DNA of 64,000 nucleotides from Mytilus trossulus (Eukaryota): NCBI RefSeq assembly GCF_036588685.1, contig NC_086380.1, positions 10,405,347 to 10,469,346 of the forward strand, read 5' to 3'. Shown piece by piece: positions 21,501 to 33,189 of this stretch (position 1 is its first letter; each line of letters starts with the position of its first letter). The notes under the pieces were generated by a model. It saw only the letters and a program-made list of their open reading frames with translations, ran no database searches and was not told where the DNA came from. The position numbers and the translations under genes were made by a program.

Positions 21501-23483
21501 TTATTTAGCAGTGATTTACCTCCCTTGCCACCAGATGACAGTGATTTAGACAGCAACCTCTCTGTCAAAGATACTGATGGTAAATATTACACTGCAGTCG
21601 CTATAGACAGTAATGTTAATACAATAAACAAGTATTATGCTCCAGATTTTGACCCTTCATTTAAACCAAATGAGATGTCTAAAACAGTACCATCTCAGGT
21701 GGTGGATATTCAATTTGATCTCATTAATGCATCTACATCCATGATGTATGAAGCAGAAAAGATACCAAGTACTGAACCTACACTTCTGGACTACAATTCA
21801 TCTTCGCCAGGTAGCCTAACTGAACCAAATTACTTACCAAAACCTCTAAGCTATAGCCATGCTTTCTCTGGGTATCAACCAACATGGCCACATTATAGGC
21901 CAACTTCACCATTAATGGAGCCTACAAGTCTTGCTGTCCCAGATTTTCAACCAACATGGCGAAGTTATAATCCAAATAACTTACCACAATCTTTAAGCTC
22001 TACCCATGCTATCCCAGAGTATCAACAGACATTTCCAAGTTACAGTCCAACATTGCCAACTTACCAGCCAACAAGTCCCGCCTATTTTATCTCTCAAAAC
22101 TACAAAACAGTCAACAGATCTACTGAAAAATCATCTCATTTTCTTAAGAATCTGGATGGGAGTATGTCTCACTATGATCCTAAAACTATAGATATGAAAG
22201 AAACAGAGGTAAAATGTAGTATTAGAGGAAGGGGAGGAGGAAGTAGTGTTAGAGGAAGAGGCAAAGGAAGGGAAGGATGGAGAAGTGTGAGAGGAAGGAC
22301 AGAAGAAGGTAGAGATGGAAGAGGAGTAGAAAGCTGGAGAGGCCAGGAATACACTGGTCAAGGGCCAATAGGTCGTAGTGAGATTGGCTGGAATCAGAAA
22401 GATGATATAAGAGAAATAGAAAGAAAAGAAGAGCAAAGAAGTCATAGAGGATTTGATGAACATTTAGATAAGAGAGAGTCTGATAAATCTAAATCTAGGA
22501 GTATATCACCTACAAATAGAAGGCGTAAAGGATCAGGAAAACGATCGTCTCCTGACAGAAGACAAAGTAGATCTAGAAGAAAATCACCTTCCTTCAGAAG
22601 GGCTAGCAGGTCTAGTAGTAGATCAAGCTCTTGCAGGAGACAAAGTAGATCTAGAAGTAGATCTTACAGAAGACCCAGTAGATCTAGAAGTAGATCTTAC
22701 AGAAGACCAAGTAGATCTAGAAGTAGATCATCTCTCTTTAAAAGACATAGGAGATCTACAAGTAGATCGCCACCTTACAAAAGAAATAGTAGATCTAGGA
22801 GTAGATCAAGAAGTAACAGAAGAAATAACAGATCAAGAAGTAGATCACATCCCAACAGAAGAAGAAGCAGATCTAGAAAATCTTTGAGTTCAAGGAGAAG
22901 TTCTTCTAGATCAATATGTAGGGATAGGGATAGAGATAAAGGAGAGGGTGGCAACATCAGTACCAGTAGCCATGATAGGAAGCTTGCTAGATCTAGAAGT
23001 AGACAATCAAGTCATGTGATGTCCAGAAGGAGAAGATTTTCAGGGTCAAAAAGTAGGAGAAGGTCATCAAGCACAACCTCTTCAAGGTCAAGAAGGAGAA
23101 GTCCAAGATTAATTAGCAGAAGTTTATCAAGGTCAGGTCAAAGGTCACCAAAAAAGAAGTCTAGAAGGTCAGGAAACTTTAGTAAAGTGAAACAAGTGAC
23201 TAACAGAAGTATCTCAAGGTCAATATCCAGAACAAGACGATCCAGACAATCAAGATGGTCCAAACTTTCACCTTCAAGATCCAATGAAATATCGAGTTCA
23301 AGATTGGAGATGTTGGCAAAATCTGATTATGATGGCTTTATGAAAGCAAAGAGAGATTTTATTTTTTATGAAAATGCAAGTCCATCACCTTGTAGAGACA
23401 ACATATCAAAAAGTAGAACAGATGATGAGAGAAAACAGCAGGGATATGTATCTTCTGATCAAGACATAGCTGAAGGTAACTAA
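21501..23483 (+). CDS. Terminal exon F, 660 aa. It has an N-terminal P/Y-rich region with CTD-like heptads (YQPTWPH, YRPTSPL, YSPTLPT, YQPTSPA), then a roughly 350-aa RS/SR-rich domain (SRSRSRSYRRPSRSRSRS...). The stop TAA is at 23481-23483.
   Basis: The acceptor cttttttcag is at 21491-21500. The supplied ORF 21525..23483 extends in frame back to 21501. The compositional RS domain is obvious. AATAAA is at about 24119. Confidence 0.65.
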   Translation, partial: LFSSDLPPLPPDDSDLDSNLSVKDTDGKYYTAVAIDSNVNTINKYYAPDFDPSFKPNEMSKTVPSQVVDIQFDLINASTSMMYEAEKIPSTEPTLLDYNSSSPGSLTEPNYLPKPLSYSHAFSGYQPTWPHYRPTSPLMEPTSLAVPDFQPTWRSYNPNNLPQSLSSTHAIPEYQQTFPSYSPTLPTYQPTSPAYFISQNYKTVNRSTEKSSHFLKNLDGSMSHYDPKTIDMKETEVKCSIRGRGGGSSVRGRGKGREGWRSVRGRTEEGRDGRGVESWRGQEYTGQGPIGRSEIGWNQKDDIREIERKEEQRSHRGFDEHLDKRESDKSKSRSISPTNRRRKGSGKRSSPDRRQSRSRRKSPSFRRASRSSSRSSSCRRQSRSRSRSYRRPSRSRSRSYRRPSRSRSRSSLFKRHRRSTSRSPPYKRNSRSRSRSRSNRRNNRSRSRSHPNRRRSRSRKSLSSRRSSSRSICRDRDRDKGEGGNISTSSHDRKLARSRSRQSSHVMSRRRRFSGSKSRRRSSSTTSSRSRRRSPRLISRSLSRSGQRSPKKKSRRSGNFSKVKQVTNRSISRSISRTRRSRQSRWSKLSPSRSNEISSSRLEMLAKSDYDGFMKAKRDFIFYENASPSPCRDNISKSRTDDERKQQGYVSSDQDIAEGN

Positions 23484-25254
23484 ATGCTTACTACAGGGAA
23501 ATTATTTTCCTTTTTTCATTTGGTTACTATTGCAGGGTGTAGCATCAAGTTAAATGATTTGATTGAAAAATTAGTTTCACTCTTCTTCAGACAATGTTGA
23601 CCATGGTCCATGGACTGTTTGAACTATCTCTTTCTTTTGAATCTAAATTTTCTTTGGGTTTTCAGGCTTCTAAATAGATCAAGGTATAATCCCAGAAAAC
23701 ATTTCAAACATAACCATATATTAGAACTTTTGAATTTAAATTTCAAATAGAATTATTTATTTGAACTTCCTCAGTCAAGACTCAAAGGAGGTTTCCTTCA
23801 GCTTGCCCCTTAACAAATATATACACTAATAATGGACATCATGTATGATTATGTCCTGGCAAGAAGTGAAAAAACTAAATATCTTCTTTGTCCATCAACC
23901 TCAAAAGAAGTAGAAAGCATAGGGTCCTATTTTAAACAGGCATTAGAACTGAGGACAGGGAACTCTTGATTTATTTATAAAATATATTTATATATCATAT
24001 AGATACTAGATTGTTTTGCTTTTTTGCTTTTTTTGTTTTCATGATTTTGTTTGTTAAATGTATTTTGTGTATGTTTATATTATTTGTCACAAACTTGTTG
24101 TTCAGAGTTTATATGACAATAAATATTTGAATTGAATTTGAACGATAGTAAAAGTATGTTACCTCTCTCTGACTAGTTTAAGAAACAATTTTAAGTTATA
24201 CAGCAGCTAGTACACTCCTTCAATCTTTATCTACAAAATATGGTAACCAAGTGATATTTTCTGCTATTTTTATTTCATATCAAAATAATGTTCTTCAGAA
24301 TCTGAGGTTCATTTAGGGATGGAAAATAAGTTTTATATTTCTGTTTTATTTTCATAAATATATTTGTATTAATAAATTTGTACGTGTAGTATAAAACAAT
24401 ATTGTAAGGTTGATTTCAGAAAAATATCAACTTTTAGTATTCGACACAAAACTGTAAAAGGGATTGGTGAACCTTGCCCTTCCACAGTTTCTTAGCTTCA
24501 AACAAAAAAGTTGATAAATAAATATTGTATATTTGAAATACTGGTGTTCATATTTTATGTACGATACAAACAGTACAGATTTACAGTACAAACATTATGT
24601 AAACAGTACATTGTACAACACTTTTAATTTATGAACTCCACCATACTACAGACTCACCAGGCATTGGTTCACTTTCGTTTGTATCATTTATAATTGTATA
24701 GGATTTTCATGACAAATAAGCTCATTTTTTAATGTCCCTCTGGTATATGTCTTTCACCTCTTTGATAAATTACCATAAGTTACTTTTTTTTTTAAATTAT
24801 TAAGTTTATAAATATGGTAGTTAAATATTTGCTCTTTGGGGTCTGATAGTATAAAGAGGTAAACTCTAATCTAGAAGCCATTAGAGCACTTATTATAGTT
24901 TATCAAATTCATAGATAAACAAATATTACAATTAACTTTATTTTTCAGACATACCAAGGCACCCTTTAGAAAGAAATAAGGTCAGTTTATTTGTATGTCG
25001 CCTATCAACTTCTAGCATACCTGATGAGTTTTTTACTGGATATGAAAATATTCCTTTTTACTAGGACTTGTATTTCCCTGAAAAAAATAATTTTAAAGAC
25101 TGTTACAAAGAAAAGTAATTGTGCCTGACTTTGTTGTACATTTTTATTTTATTTAAGCAAACAATTATATAATACATTTGTACTAAAACACCTGAAATAA
25201 AGATACCCTGGTCTTTATATACTACATGTAATACACAGGGATCATCACTGAAAT

Positions 25255-25410
25255 AGCTGTCAAGGGTGGATCCAGCCATTTAAAAAAGGGGGGTTCCTAA
25301 CCCAGGACAAAGGGGGGTTCCAACTACATGTTCCCATTCAAATGCATTGATTATCCAATTAAAAGAGGGTGGTTCCAACCCCCAGAACCCCCCTCTGGAT
25401 CTGCGCCTGG
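25255..25410. mobile_element. Second copy of the GGTGGATCCAG ... CTGGATCTGCGCC MITE-like family.
   Basis: gggtggatccagcc ... ccctctggatctgcgcc. The internal structure (aaggggggttcc motifs) is shared with 5781-5950. Confidence 0.55.
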
Positions 25411-26099
25411 CTGTATCAGTGAAGAAATCTGTTACTGTGAATTCATAACAATTCGTCGGATACAAATTTTCGTGGGTACCAGTCAATCACAAATTCAAAG
25501 GTTCAACAAATTGTAAATTTCGATACCAGGCTTTGTAAGTATAGAGATTACCAAACCATGTTATCAAATATCCACAAAAATGCAAGTTTTCCTCAATACA
25601 CGAAAAATTAAATGACTCCATAGTAACAGCTTGTGCAATACCATGTTTTTGAATAATTGAAAAGAAATATCCAAAAGAAGATCTGTTGGATTAAGATCAA
25701 CTGCTCTACTGACCAATTGATGTTGGTCAGTTTTATTTACTAATTCTTATTAAGAGCCTAGTATATTTTGCTCCAGACATTGCATAAACAACAAAATTGT
25801 GTTGTTTTCATATTTTCATTGATAAATGAACTGGTTTACATAATGCAGAAACTTTACTTTAGAGCAGAAAGGTCACTTATTGAGATGTCATTATATAGTT
25901 TTTTTACATAATAAAAATAAACAAAAGTATTACCCAAGATGACACTTATTTCTTAAGTTTTAATATCCTTGAGTAACAGTAAAAGCTCTAAATGCTTTTT
26001 AACCGGATTTTTGTGACAAAAATGTCGGTTATTGATTTGGGGATGCTTGGTGGGCAGGCGGGCGGTCGGGCGGACGGGCAGCAATCAAATTTTGTCTGT

Positions 26100-26730
26100 G
26101 CATTAACTCATGAACCGTTCAACCAAAGCTTTTAAAATTTTTATATGTTGTTACTGACAACTAAATGAAGGTCAAGTTCAATAATGGCGATTTTGACTTT
26201 TACTTTTCAGGAGTTATGGTTCTTGAAAGATTGAAAAATGGCGTTTTCAGTCGTGTCCATGCATTCACGCATGAACTGTTCTACCAAAGCTTCCCAAATT
26301 TTTATATGTTGTTACTGGTGACAAAATGGAGGTCAAGTTCAATAATGACGATTTTGACTTTTACCGTTCAGGAGTTATGGTTCTTGAAAGATTGAAAAAT
26401 GGTGTTTCCAGTTGTGTCTCTGTGCATTTTCTCATGAACCATTCAACCAAAGCTTTTCAAATTTTAATATGCTGTTACTGATGACAAAATAGAGGTCAAG
26501 TTCAATAATGACTATTTTGACTTTTACCGTTCAGGAGTTATGGTTCTTGAAAAATCCTAAAATGGTGCATTCACGTTGTTGCATTTACTCACGAACCATT
26601 CAATCTAAGCTTCTCAAATTTTAATATGTTGATACTGATGACAAAATAGAGGTCAAATTTGATATTGAAGATTTTCACTTTCACCAATCATCAGTAATGG
26701 TTCTTGTGATATTGCCAGGACACAAAAAAT
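26100..26730. repeat. Satellite-like tandem repeat with a unit of about 185 bp and roughly 3.5 copies, preceded by a GC-rich (ggcgggcgg) tract at 26050-26090.
   Basis: The recurring block ...ttcaaccaaagctttt.aaatttt.atatg.tgttactg.tgacaaaat.gaggtcaagttcaataatg.c.attttgacttttac.gttcaggagttatggttcttgaaa... is directly visible. Confidence 0.8.
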
Positions 26731-26887
26731 GCTAATAAATCTGGTTTGCTGTCGTTGTGACAGCCTCTTGTATATATTATATAATCTGTCGATCATGCTG
26801 GTCTCTAAGACATTTAATAGAATGTTTGGATGTATTGTCTTAAATTCAACATTAAACTTTCATTTCAACATGATTTTCTGAATTTAG

Positions 26888-26959
26888 ATGTGGAAGCATG
26901 ACAAAGGAGGAGAAATGCACAGTGGTCCTTCACCCATAGAGAAACATATCATTATAAAA
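26888..26959 (+). CDS. CLTC: Clathrin heavy chain exon 1 (MWKHDKGGEMHSGPSPIEKHIIIK). An alternative start is the ATG at 26915.
   Basis: PIEKHIIIK aligns with the clathrin N-terminus PIRFQEHLQ. The donor aaaa|GTAAGT is at 26960 in phase 0, joining exon 2 in frame. Confidence 0.55.
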
Positions 26960-27255
26960 GTAAGTAACAAAAAGTCATGACAAAACCAACTTATTAGTAA
27001 CTTGTTAGCATGTACATATGTGATAGCTAGCACAAAAAGGGATGCTTAAACCATGACCATTACCAAACATGTAAGTAACCAAGGGAGAGTTCAACTGACC
27101 ATTGAAATATTATATTTGTGCTAAAATACTTTTCATTACCTCAAGGAAATGATATTTTAGAGCCTTATATTTGCTGACATCTGATCTTAGTACATGTACA
27201 AATAAACTATGTTTTGATAATTCTATTTTTCACAGAAAATCTCAATTTGTTTCAG

Positions 27256-27454
27256 CTTCAATCTTTAGGAATTGACAGTAATACTATAAAATTCCACACA
27301 GTTACTATGGAGTCTGATAAACATATATGTGTCAGAGAAAACAACCAGCTGATCATATTTAACATAGATAATCCCGAAGATCCATACAGAAACCCAGTAA
27401 AGGCAGACTCGTGTATCGTCAATCCTAGAAATCAACATATTGTAGCAATCAGAT
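27256..27454 (+). CDS. CLTC: Clathrin heavy chain exon 2 (LQSLGIDSNTIKFHTVTMESDKHICVRENNQLIIFNIDNPEDPYRNPVKADSCIVNPRNQHIVAIR-).
   Basis: It is strongly similar to clathrin HC residues about 15-80 (LQNLGIN..I.F.TLTMESDKFICIRE...PI.ADSAIMNP..KVIALK). The acceptor ttgtttcag is at 27247-27255 and the donor t|GTGAGT at 27455. Confidence 0.85.
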
Positions 27455-28377
27455 GTGAGTTAAATTACCCCACCTACAACAGTAGAGGGGCATTAGGTTT
27501 TCTGGTCTGTGTGTCTGTTAGTCAGTCTATTCATCCATCCATTCGTCTGTCCAGCTTCAGGTTAAGTATTTGGTCAAGGTAGTTTTTAATGAAGTTGAAT
27601 CAACTTTAAAACTTAGAACACATGTTTCCTATAGATATAATCTTCTAATTTTAATGCCAAATTTGACCCCAATTTCATGGTCTACTGAAAATTAAAAATG
27701 ATAGTGTGAGTGGGGCATCTATGTACTATGGACACATTCTTGTTAGATATATTGATACTGTATAAGAGAGGCAAATAATACCAAAGGGATTTTAAAATTC
27801 CTTGTTGAAAAAAAACGGACAATTTAATGCCATAGCAAAAAATGAAAAAAAAAAAACAAGGCCTAAAATGAAAAAAAAAAAACAAGACAAACGACCTGTA
27901 CACAAAACACAACACAGTCTACTAGTTTTGCTTTTACCTTTAAAGACTGAAAAAATACCAAGATGAATGTCAAGTAGGAGATAACTGTATTGTATTTTAA
28001 GCTCCGACGGCATCAATTGGGTATTTGATGGTCGCAAATTTAGTTTACTGGCGACGGGTTAGCCAATCAAAATGAACGTTACAAACGTTGTTGCATTAGA
28101 ATTCCATAGTATTTCTCGTTAAGATCTTTAAACTTAAGCTTTAAGGTGTCCACACTGTTTTATTCCTTCCCATATCATTCCCATATCAGTAGTATTATCC
28201 CTTGTCCTCTACTGCTATTCATTACTATCCTAGGATATTTTTTAGTATGAGCTGACATAGACTGTCATTTATAGAGCCAATTTGTATGTTGTATCTATAA
28301 TTATTATAGTTGATTAAGCTTTTGTTGAGTTTTATGCCAAAAATCCAGAATAATATACCAATGAATTTTACATACAG

Positions 28378-28527
28378 GTGGCAAAACTATACAGCTATAT
28401 GATATACATAACAGGTTGAAGATAAAGGGATATCAGATGGAGGAAGATGTCAAGTTTTGGACCTGGATTTCTGATGATGCAGTTGCCATGGTTACAGATA
28501 AATCAGTTTATTTGTATAATCATTTAG
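28378..28527 (+). CDS. CLTC: Clathrin heavy chain exon 3 (-CGKTIQLYDIHNRLKIKGYQMEEDVKFWTWISDDAVAMVTDKSVYLYNHL-).
   Basis: It matches [47 protein letters not shown]. It is phase 1-1, with the acceptor catacag at 28371-28377 and the donor g|GTAGAC at 28528. Confidence 0.85.
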
Positions 28528-29730
28528 GTAGACTGCTATGAAATTTTGCTAAATATTACATTAATTATGCCCGACTTTAAAAAAGTGGGGTATGCTGTTT
28601 TGCCCCTGTCTGTCTATTCCATTAATGGCAAGGTTTCAGTCTATTCATCTGTCCATCTCCCAATGAATATTTTTCACACTCATCTTGCTCAGGAGCCACA
28701 TTACAAGGATTTCTGAAATTGGGTTTCAGTATTTCAATAAGTAAACTCTATCATGTGTTTTCAGATTCATCATTCAACAACTTCCTGTTTATATATTACC
28801 AAATGTTTGGGCGGGGGTATCATCAGTGAGCAGTAGCTTGCAGTTTCATTTGTTTAACAAGCACAGAGAGACATTAATCAATATGTAATTGAGAGGGAGA
28901 GGATGGGATCTCATCCTGAAAACTTGAGAGAAAAAAAGACAGATCTGGAAATTTGCATGTGAATACGTAGTGTGGGTGTTCCTGCATCATGATCTAATTA
29001 TTGCAAATCAAATGTAACTTTTCCACAGAACCATCTCCTATTGATATATATATTTAACTTGTGTAGGCTCAATTGTCCCATTGAATAAATACAACAGCTA
29101 TTGAGGGGGGAGGGGGGGGGGGGTAGGAGGGGTCCTGATCATGAAAAACTGCATGTAATGTTGTATGTATTCTATATCAATAATATATATTATCAATCTG
29201 TTCAATAAACAATGATTTAAACATTAAAAATTTTCAACATATTTCATATTAATTTGAATCAGATAATTTAGTTCCTCACAACAGACATTACATATATAGA
29301 AAATTATGCACCCCTGTAAGTTTTTAGTTAAAGATTGCATTTCATGCAATCAAAACCTTACGGGACTGACATGATATCTAAATCTTCTAAGACTTATCAC
29401 TACCTGTTTTGATACACAAAATATAGTGCATTGATCATAACATTCTATAATCCTATCCATGAACATTTAAAGAAATTTATTGATGTAATATATATGCTCA
29501 GATATTCAAAGCACAAAATGATGTTATACTTGTCAAAAAAATTACATAACTTTTGTAAGGTGCATGAATCTAATACCTGTTCTAAAAATTTAAATGATCT
29601 CATTGCAAAAGTTATCTTTAAAACTCATTGGAGTGATCTTCCTTTGTCTAGAATTTCTGTTAAATCAACTACAACCAATGCAATATATTTACTTCCCATT
29701 GTCATTAACAATCTTTCACCGTTTTTACAG

Positions 29731-29849
29731 ATGGCAGAGAACCACAGAAACTTTATGACCATAATAGAACGTTGCACAACTGTCAGGTGGTTGGATATAA
29801 GATGGACCCTCATGGACACTGGTCAGCCTTAACATGGATATTGAAACAG
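29731..29849 (+). CDS. CLTC: Clathrin heavy chain exon 4 (-DGREPQKLYDHNRTLHNCQVVGYKMDPHGHWSALTWILKQ).
   Basis: It matches [41 protein letters not shown]. The acceptor gtttttacag is at 29721-29730 and the donor cag|GTCATT at 29850. The phases close correctly. Confidence 0.8.
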
Positions 29850-30528
29850 GTCATTAAATTGAAAAAGATATACAAAAAATGGAGGGTTGATGTAAATAAA
29901 TCTTTTATTTAGGCTGCAGGGGAATTCCTGCTATTGATAGTTACATATTCAAATTAGTCAATTACTGGTACCAAAATCATTAATGTAATTAAATACTTTG
30001 CTCTTCATGGGCCCTTCAATAAAAATATCTTATCTTATCTTATTCATGGAGGAAAATGAACAAACATTTGATGTATCATTTGCCTACTGTTAATTCAGAA
30101 ATTATTGGGTCCATTTATTATTGAGATATTTAAAGAATGAAAAAAAATGTGAGACTAATTATAGCTATTTCTATAGAAGCTGAATACAGATATTACAATT
30201 ATTTTGCAATCATACTAAATCTTTATTTCATTTGGTAGATCTCATGAAATCAAAATGTTGTAAGGCAGTCATGACATATTTCTGCAAAAAACGATTTCTT
30301 TAAATTTTTCATGGATTAAGGAAAACATACATGATTAATTTCTTGATTTTGCCAACGTCTTCATAAAAGCATGTAGAAAATTTGTTATTTGTTAAGTATT
30401 TAATTTGTGGTTCACCTGTACCCATAAAACCCATATATAGATTGGTATCCAACGTATACTAATGAATCCACAGTATGATTCATGTAGATGTTATTGTACA
30501 TACTGTTAGATCACCCTTATAATTACAG

Positions 30529-30690
30529 GAGGATAGAGTGATTGGTTTCACACAACTGTACTCCTTACAGAGCTGCATCAAGAGACTATTTGACAGTCAC
30601 ACAGCGACCTTTACTAGCCTGACAGTGGATAATAATCCAGCTCCCTCTGTGCTTTTGTTATATGCTGTGCAGGAGGACTATGGCGGCAAG
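30529..30690 (+). CDS. CLTC: Clathrin heavy chain exon 5 (EDRVIGFTQLYSLQSCIKRLFDSHTATFTSLTVDNNPAPSVLLLYAVQEDYGGK).
   Basis: It matches [54 protein letters not shown]. The acceptor aattacag ends at 30528 and the donor aag|GTAGAT is at 30691. Confidence 0.85.
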
Positions 30691-31348
30691 GTAGATAAAT
30701 GAATATTTTGAATATATGATGCATATTTTTTCATGCCCCAGTCGTGGCCGAGGGGGCATTAAGTTTTACCCTTGTCTGTCTGTACGTTCAGAAATTATTT
30801 CTGTTCCTATGTTTGCCTCAACCAAATGTAATGAAACTTAAACACAACAATACTTATTACATTTTTTTTACCACTAAAAATAGATCAAGTTTGAATTTTG
30901 CTGGTGTCACTTTTACCTCTCTAGAGTTATGCCCCTTTACAAATGGAAAAAAATGTGTCCGCTCTGTCACATGTTGTGAAACTTATACCCAATGCTCATT
31001 ACATCAAAACTCAGATAAGGTAAATATTTGGGTACTTTTACTGTTCATGAGTGATATTGCTTTAAAATGTTTTATATATGCAAGTGGGGGGGGGGGGGCA
31101 TAATCTGTGTCCCATGGACACTGTCTTCATCTATTTTCAATTAGTAAACCTTAAAATCAGTATAGGATATTATGATACATGCAGTCATGCTATCCAAAGG
31201 ACAGTCCCTTACTTGATAATGTTATGTAAATGGTATATTAAAACTGAGTCAAATGGTCATTGCTTTTACGGAATGCTAAGTACAACTTTGTAAATTGATA
31301 TTTTTATATTGATTTAATTTGATTTTTCTGTTCCAAATTTATTTCCAG

Positions 31349-31456
31349 CTTCACATACAAGAAGTAGGTCAACCCTGTCATGGTAACCAGCCTTTTACAA
31401 CCAGAATTGTTGATGTCGATTTCACAGACAAAGATGATTTTCCTATTGCAATAGAG
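31349..31456 (+). CDS. CLTC: Clathrin heavy chain exon 6 (LHIQEVGQPCHGNQPFTTRIVDVDFTDKDDFPIAIE).
   Basis: It matches [38 protein letters not shown]. The acceptor atttccag ends at 31348 and the donor gag|GTAAAC is at 31457. Confidence 0.85.
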
Positions 31457-31767
31457 GTAAACTACCTGATATATTTGATGAAACGTGTCCCATTTTCCAT
31501 TGAAAGAGAAACTTAATGTATGCAGATTATTCCTTTTTAGATCATCTGGTCAAAAGTTAAATGATGAGTTTTTGCCATCAATTGAAATTTGTTAACAGTA
31601 GAATTAGAAGAAATTGTTTTTAAATGTCAACATCTCTTTACATGCAATCTATTTTGGGACTCAAATTATCATATATCTTTGAGCCTCTTGTTTTAATTTA
31701 TATTGTAAAAGTTATTGATATTTTCTTATTTTTACAGATATTGACATAATTATAATGGTTATTGTAG

Positions 31768-31935
31768 GTTAACATAAAACATAGGGTAGCTTTCCTGATA
31801 ACACAAATGGGTTATGTACATCTGTACATGATAGAAACAGGGAGACTTATCTATACAATGAGTATAAGTGATTCTACAGTGTTTGTTACAGCCCGTCATG
31901 AGAAAGGATTTCTGGCTGTCAATCAGGTTGGATGG
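31768..31935 (+). CDS. CLTC: Clathrin heavy chain exon 7 (VNIKHRVAFLITQMGYVHLYMIETGRLIYTMSISDSTVFVTARHEKGFLAVNQVGW).
   Basis: It matches [59 protein letters not shown]. The acceptor attgtag is at 31761-31767 and the donor tgg|GTGAGT at 31936. Confidence 0.85.
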
Positions 31936-32964
31936 GTGAGTCATATAAGTCATATTAATTATAATACTACTGTAAATTCAGAAATTATTGCAAGGTTTTT
32001 ATTATTGCGAAAAATGTGACAGAGTTCCAAACGCAATAAATCAAACTCTCATTTTGAAATATTTTACATGAATTTAATAGGATTAATTAAAATTAAAATC
32101 ATATTTAAGTCTAAAATGACAAAATCAAAATAATAAATGCACGCAATAATTTCTGAATCTACAGTAACTGAAGGTCATTCAATAACATTAACTTCTAAAG
32201 TACTTTTGTATGACCGTGCCACTAAAGGAATGTTACCCTTGACTATTTGCCTATCTTCGGTTCCTTCCAATTTTCATTTCTGCACCCCTACTTCAGTTTT
32301 ACTCATTCAAATTTAATAAACTCATACACAGTGCTAACAACCTAAACTCACTGACAGAGCTCAAGTATTGGTAGAGAGTGACTTACATTTCTAGAGTAAT
32401 GCTCCTTTATAACTTCAAAGGTGACAAATGTTTTTGTTCCCACACACTTCAATGGTGCCCTTGCCTACAAATATCTTGACATCATATTCTTCTTACTACG
32501 AATTTAACCCAATTACAATGGGGGAGGCCTGTCACCATATATCAAAATATGAAATAAAGTAGAAAAAGGTGACATGTTTCTAGAAAAATGGTCTAAAATA
32601 AAATTGAAATTAAAAATATAATAGTAGCAATACATACACATTCCATTTTCTCAAACAATTAAAATTTATAAGTACATCTTTACAGGATTGTTAATTTGGG
32701 TTTATGACTCTAATACCTTTTGTACATTACTAGAAAATCCTGGGGAATGATTTTTGTCCACATCTATGTTGTTGGCAAATTTTTGTACTCAAATTAGAGG
32801 CAAACTGAGAACAAATATATCTAAAGTGCAATTGTATTTCCCCATATGATAGTTTGTAAGACATTTTTAGCTCACCTGGCCTATAGTGTCTGGTTGAAAA
32901 AGATCTTCACCCTTAAAGTAATTTTTTGATTTTCTGAGGTTTTTTTTATGTTTGTCACTTTAAG

Positions 32965-33069
32965 GTAATGTCAGTTGACATCAAAGAGGACAAGCTAAAA
33001 TCATACCTACCAGAAAAGGTAACCAGTTCTATGGGACCAGCTAAAGAACAGTTCCTGAGGCAGTATCAG
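32965..33069 (+). CDS. CLTC: Clathrin heavy chain exon 8 (VMSVDIKEDKLKSYLPEKVTSSMGPAKEQFLRQYQ). This is the end of the N-terminal beta-propeller domain (about residue 330).
   Basis: It matches [45 protein letters not shown]. The acceptor ctttaag is at 32958-32964 and the donor cag|GTAATG at 33070. Confidence 0.75.
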
Positions 33070-33189
33070 GTAATGATGTGGCAACTTACAGTTAAATTAA
33101 ATAAGAATCATATTTACCACCAAAGTCTATTATTGATGAGAGACATGCTATAAACATCACATAAACCAGATAGAGGTCAATTCTGCTGT

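Noticed and set aside
21525-21527. The ORF track gives a start at 21525 for the RS-domain ORF.
   Set aside because: The triplet at 21525 is TTG, not ATG. The ORF is open back to a strong acceptor (cttttttcag) ending at 21500 and is in phase with upstream exons, so it is an internal or terminal exon rather than a start.
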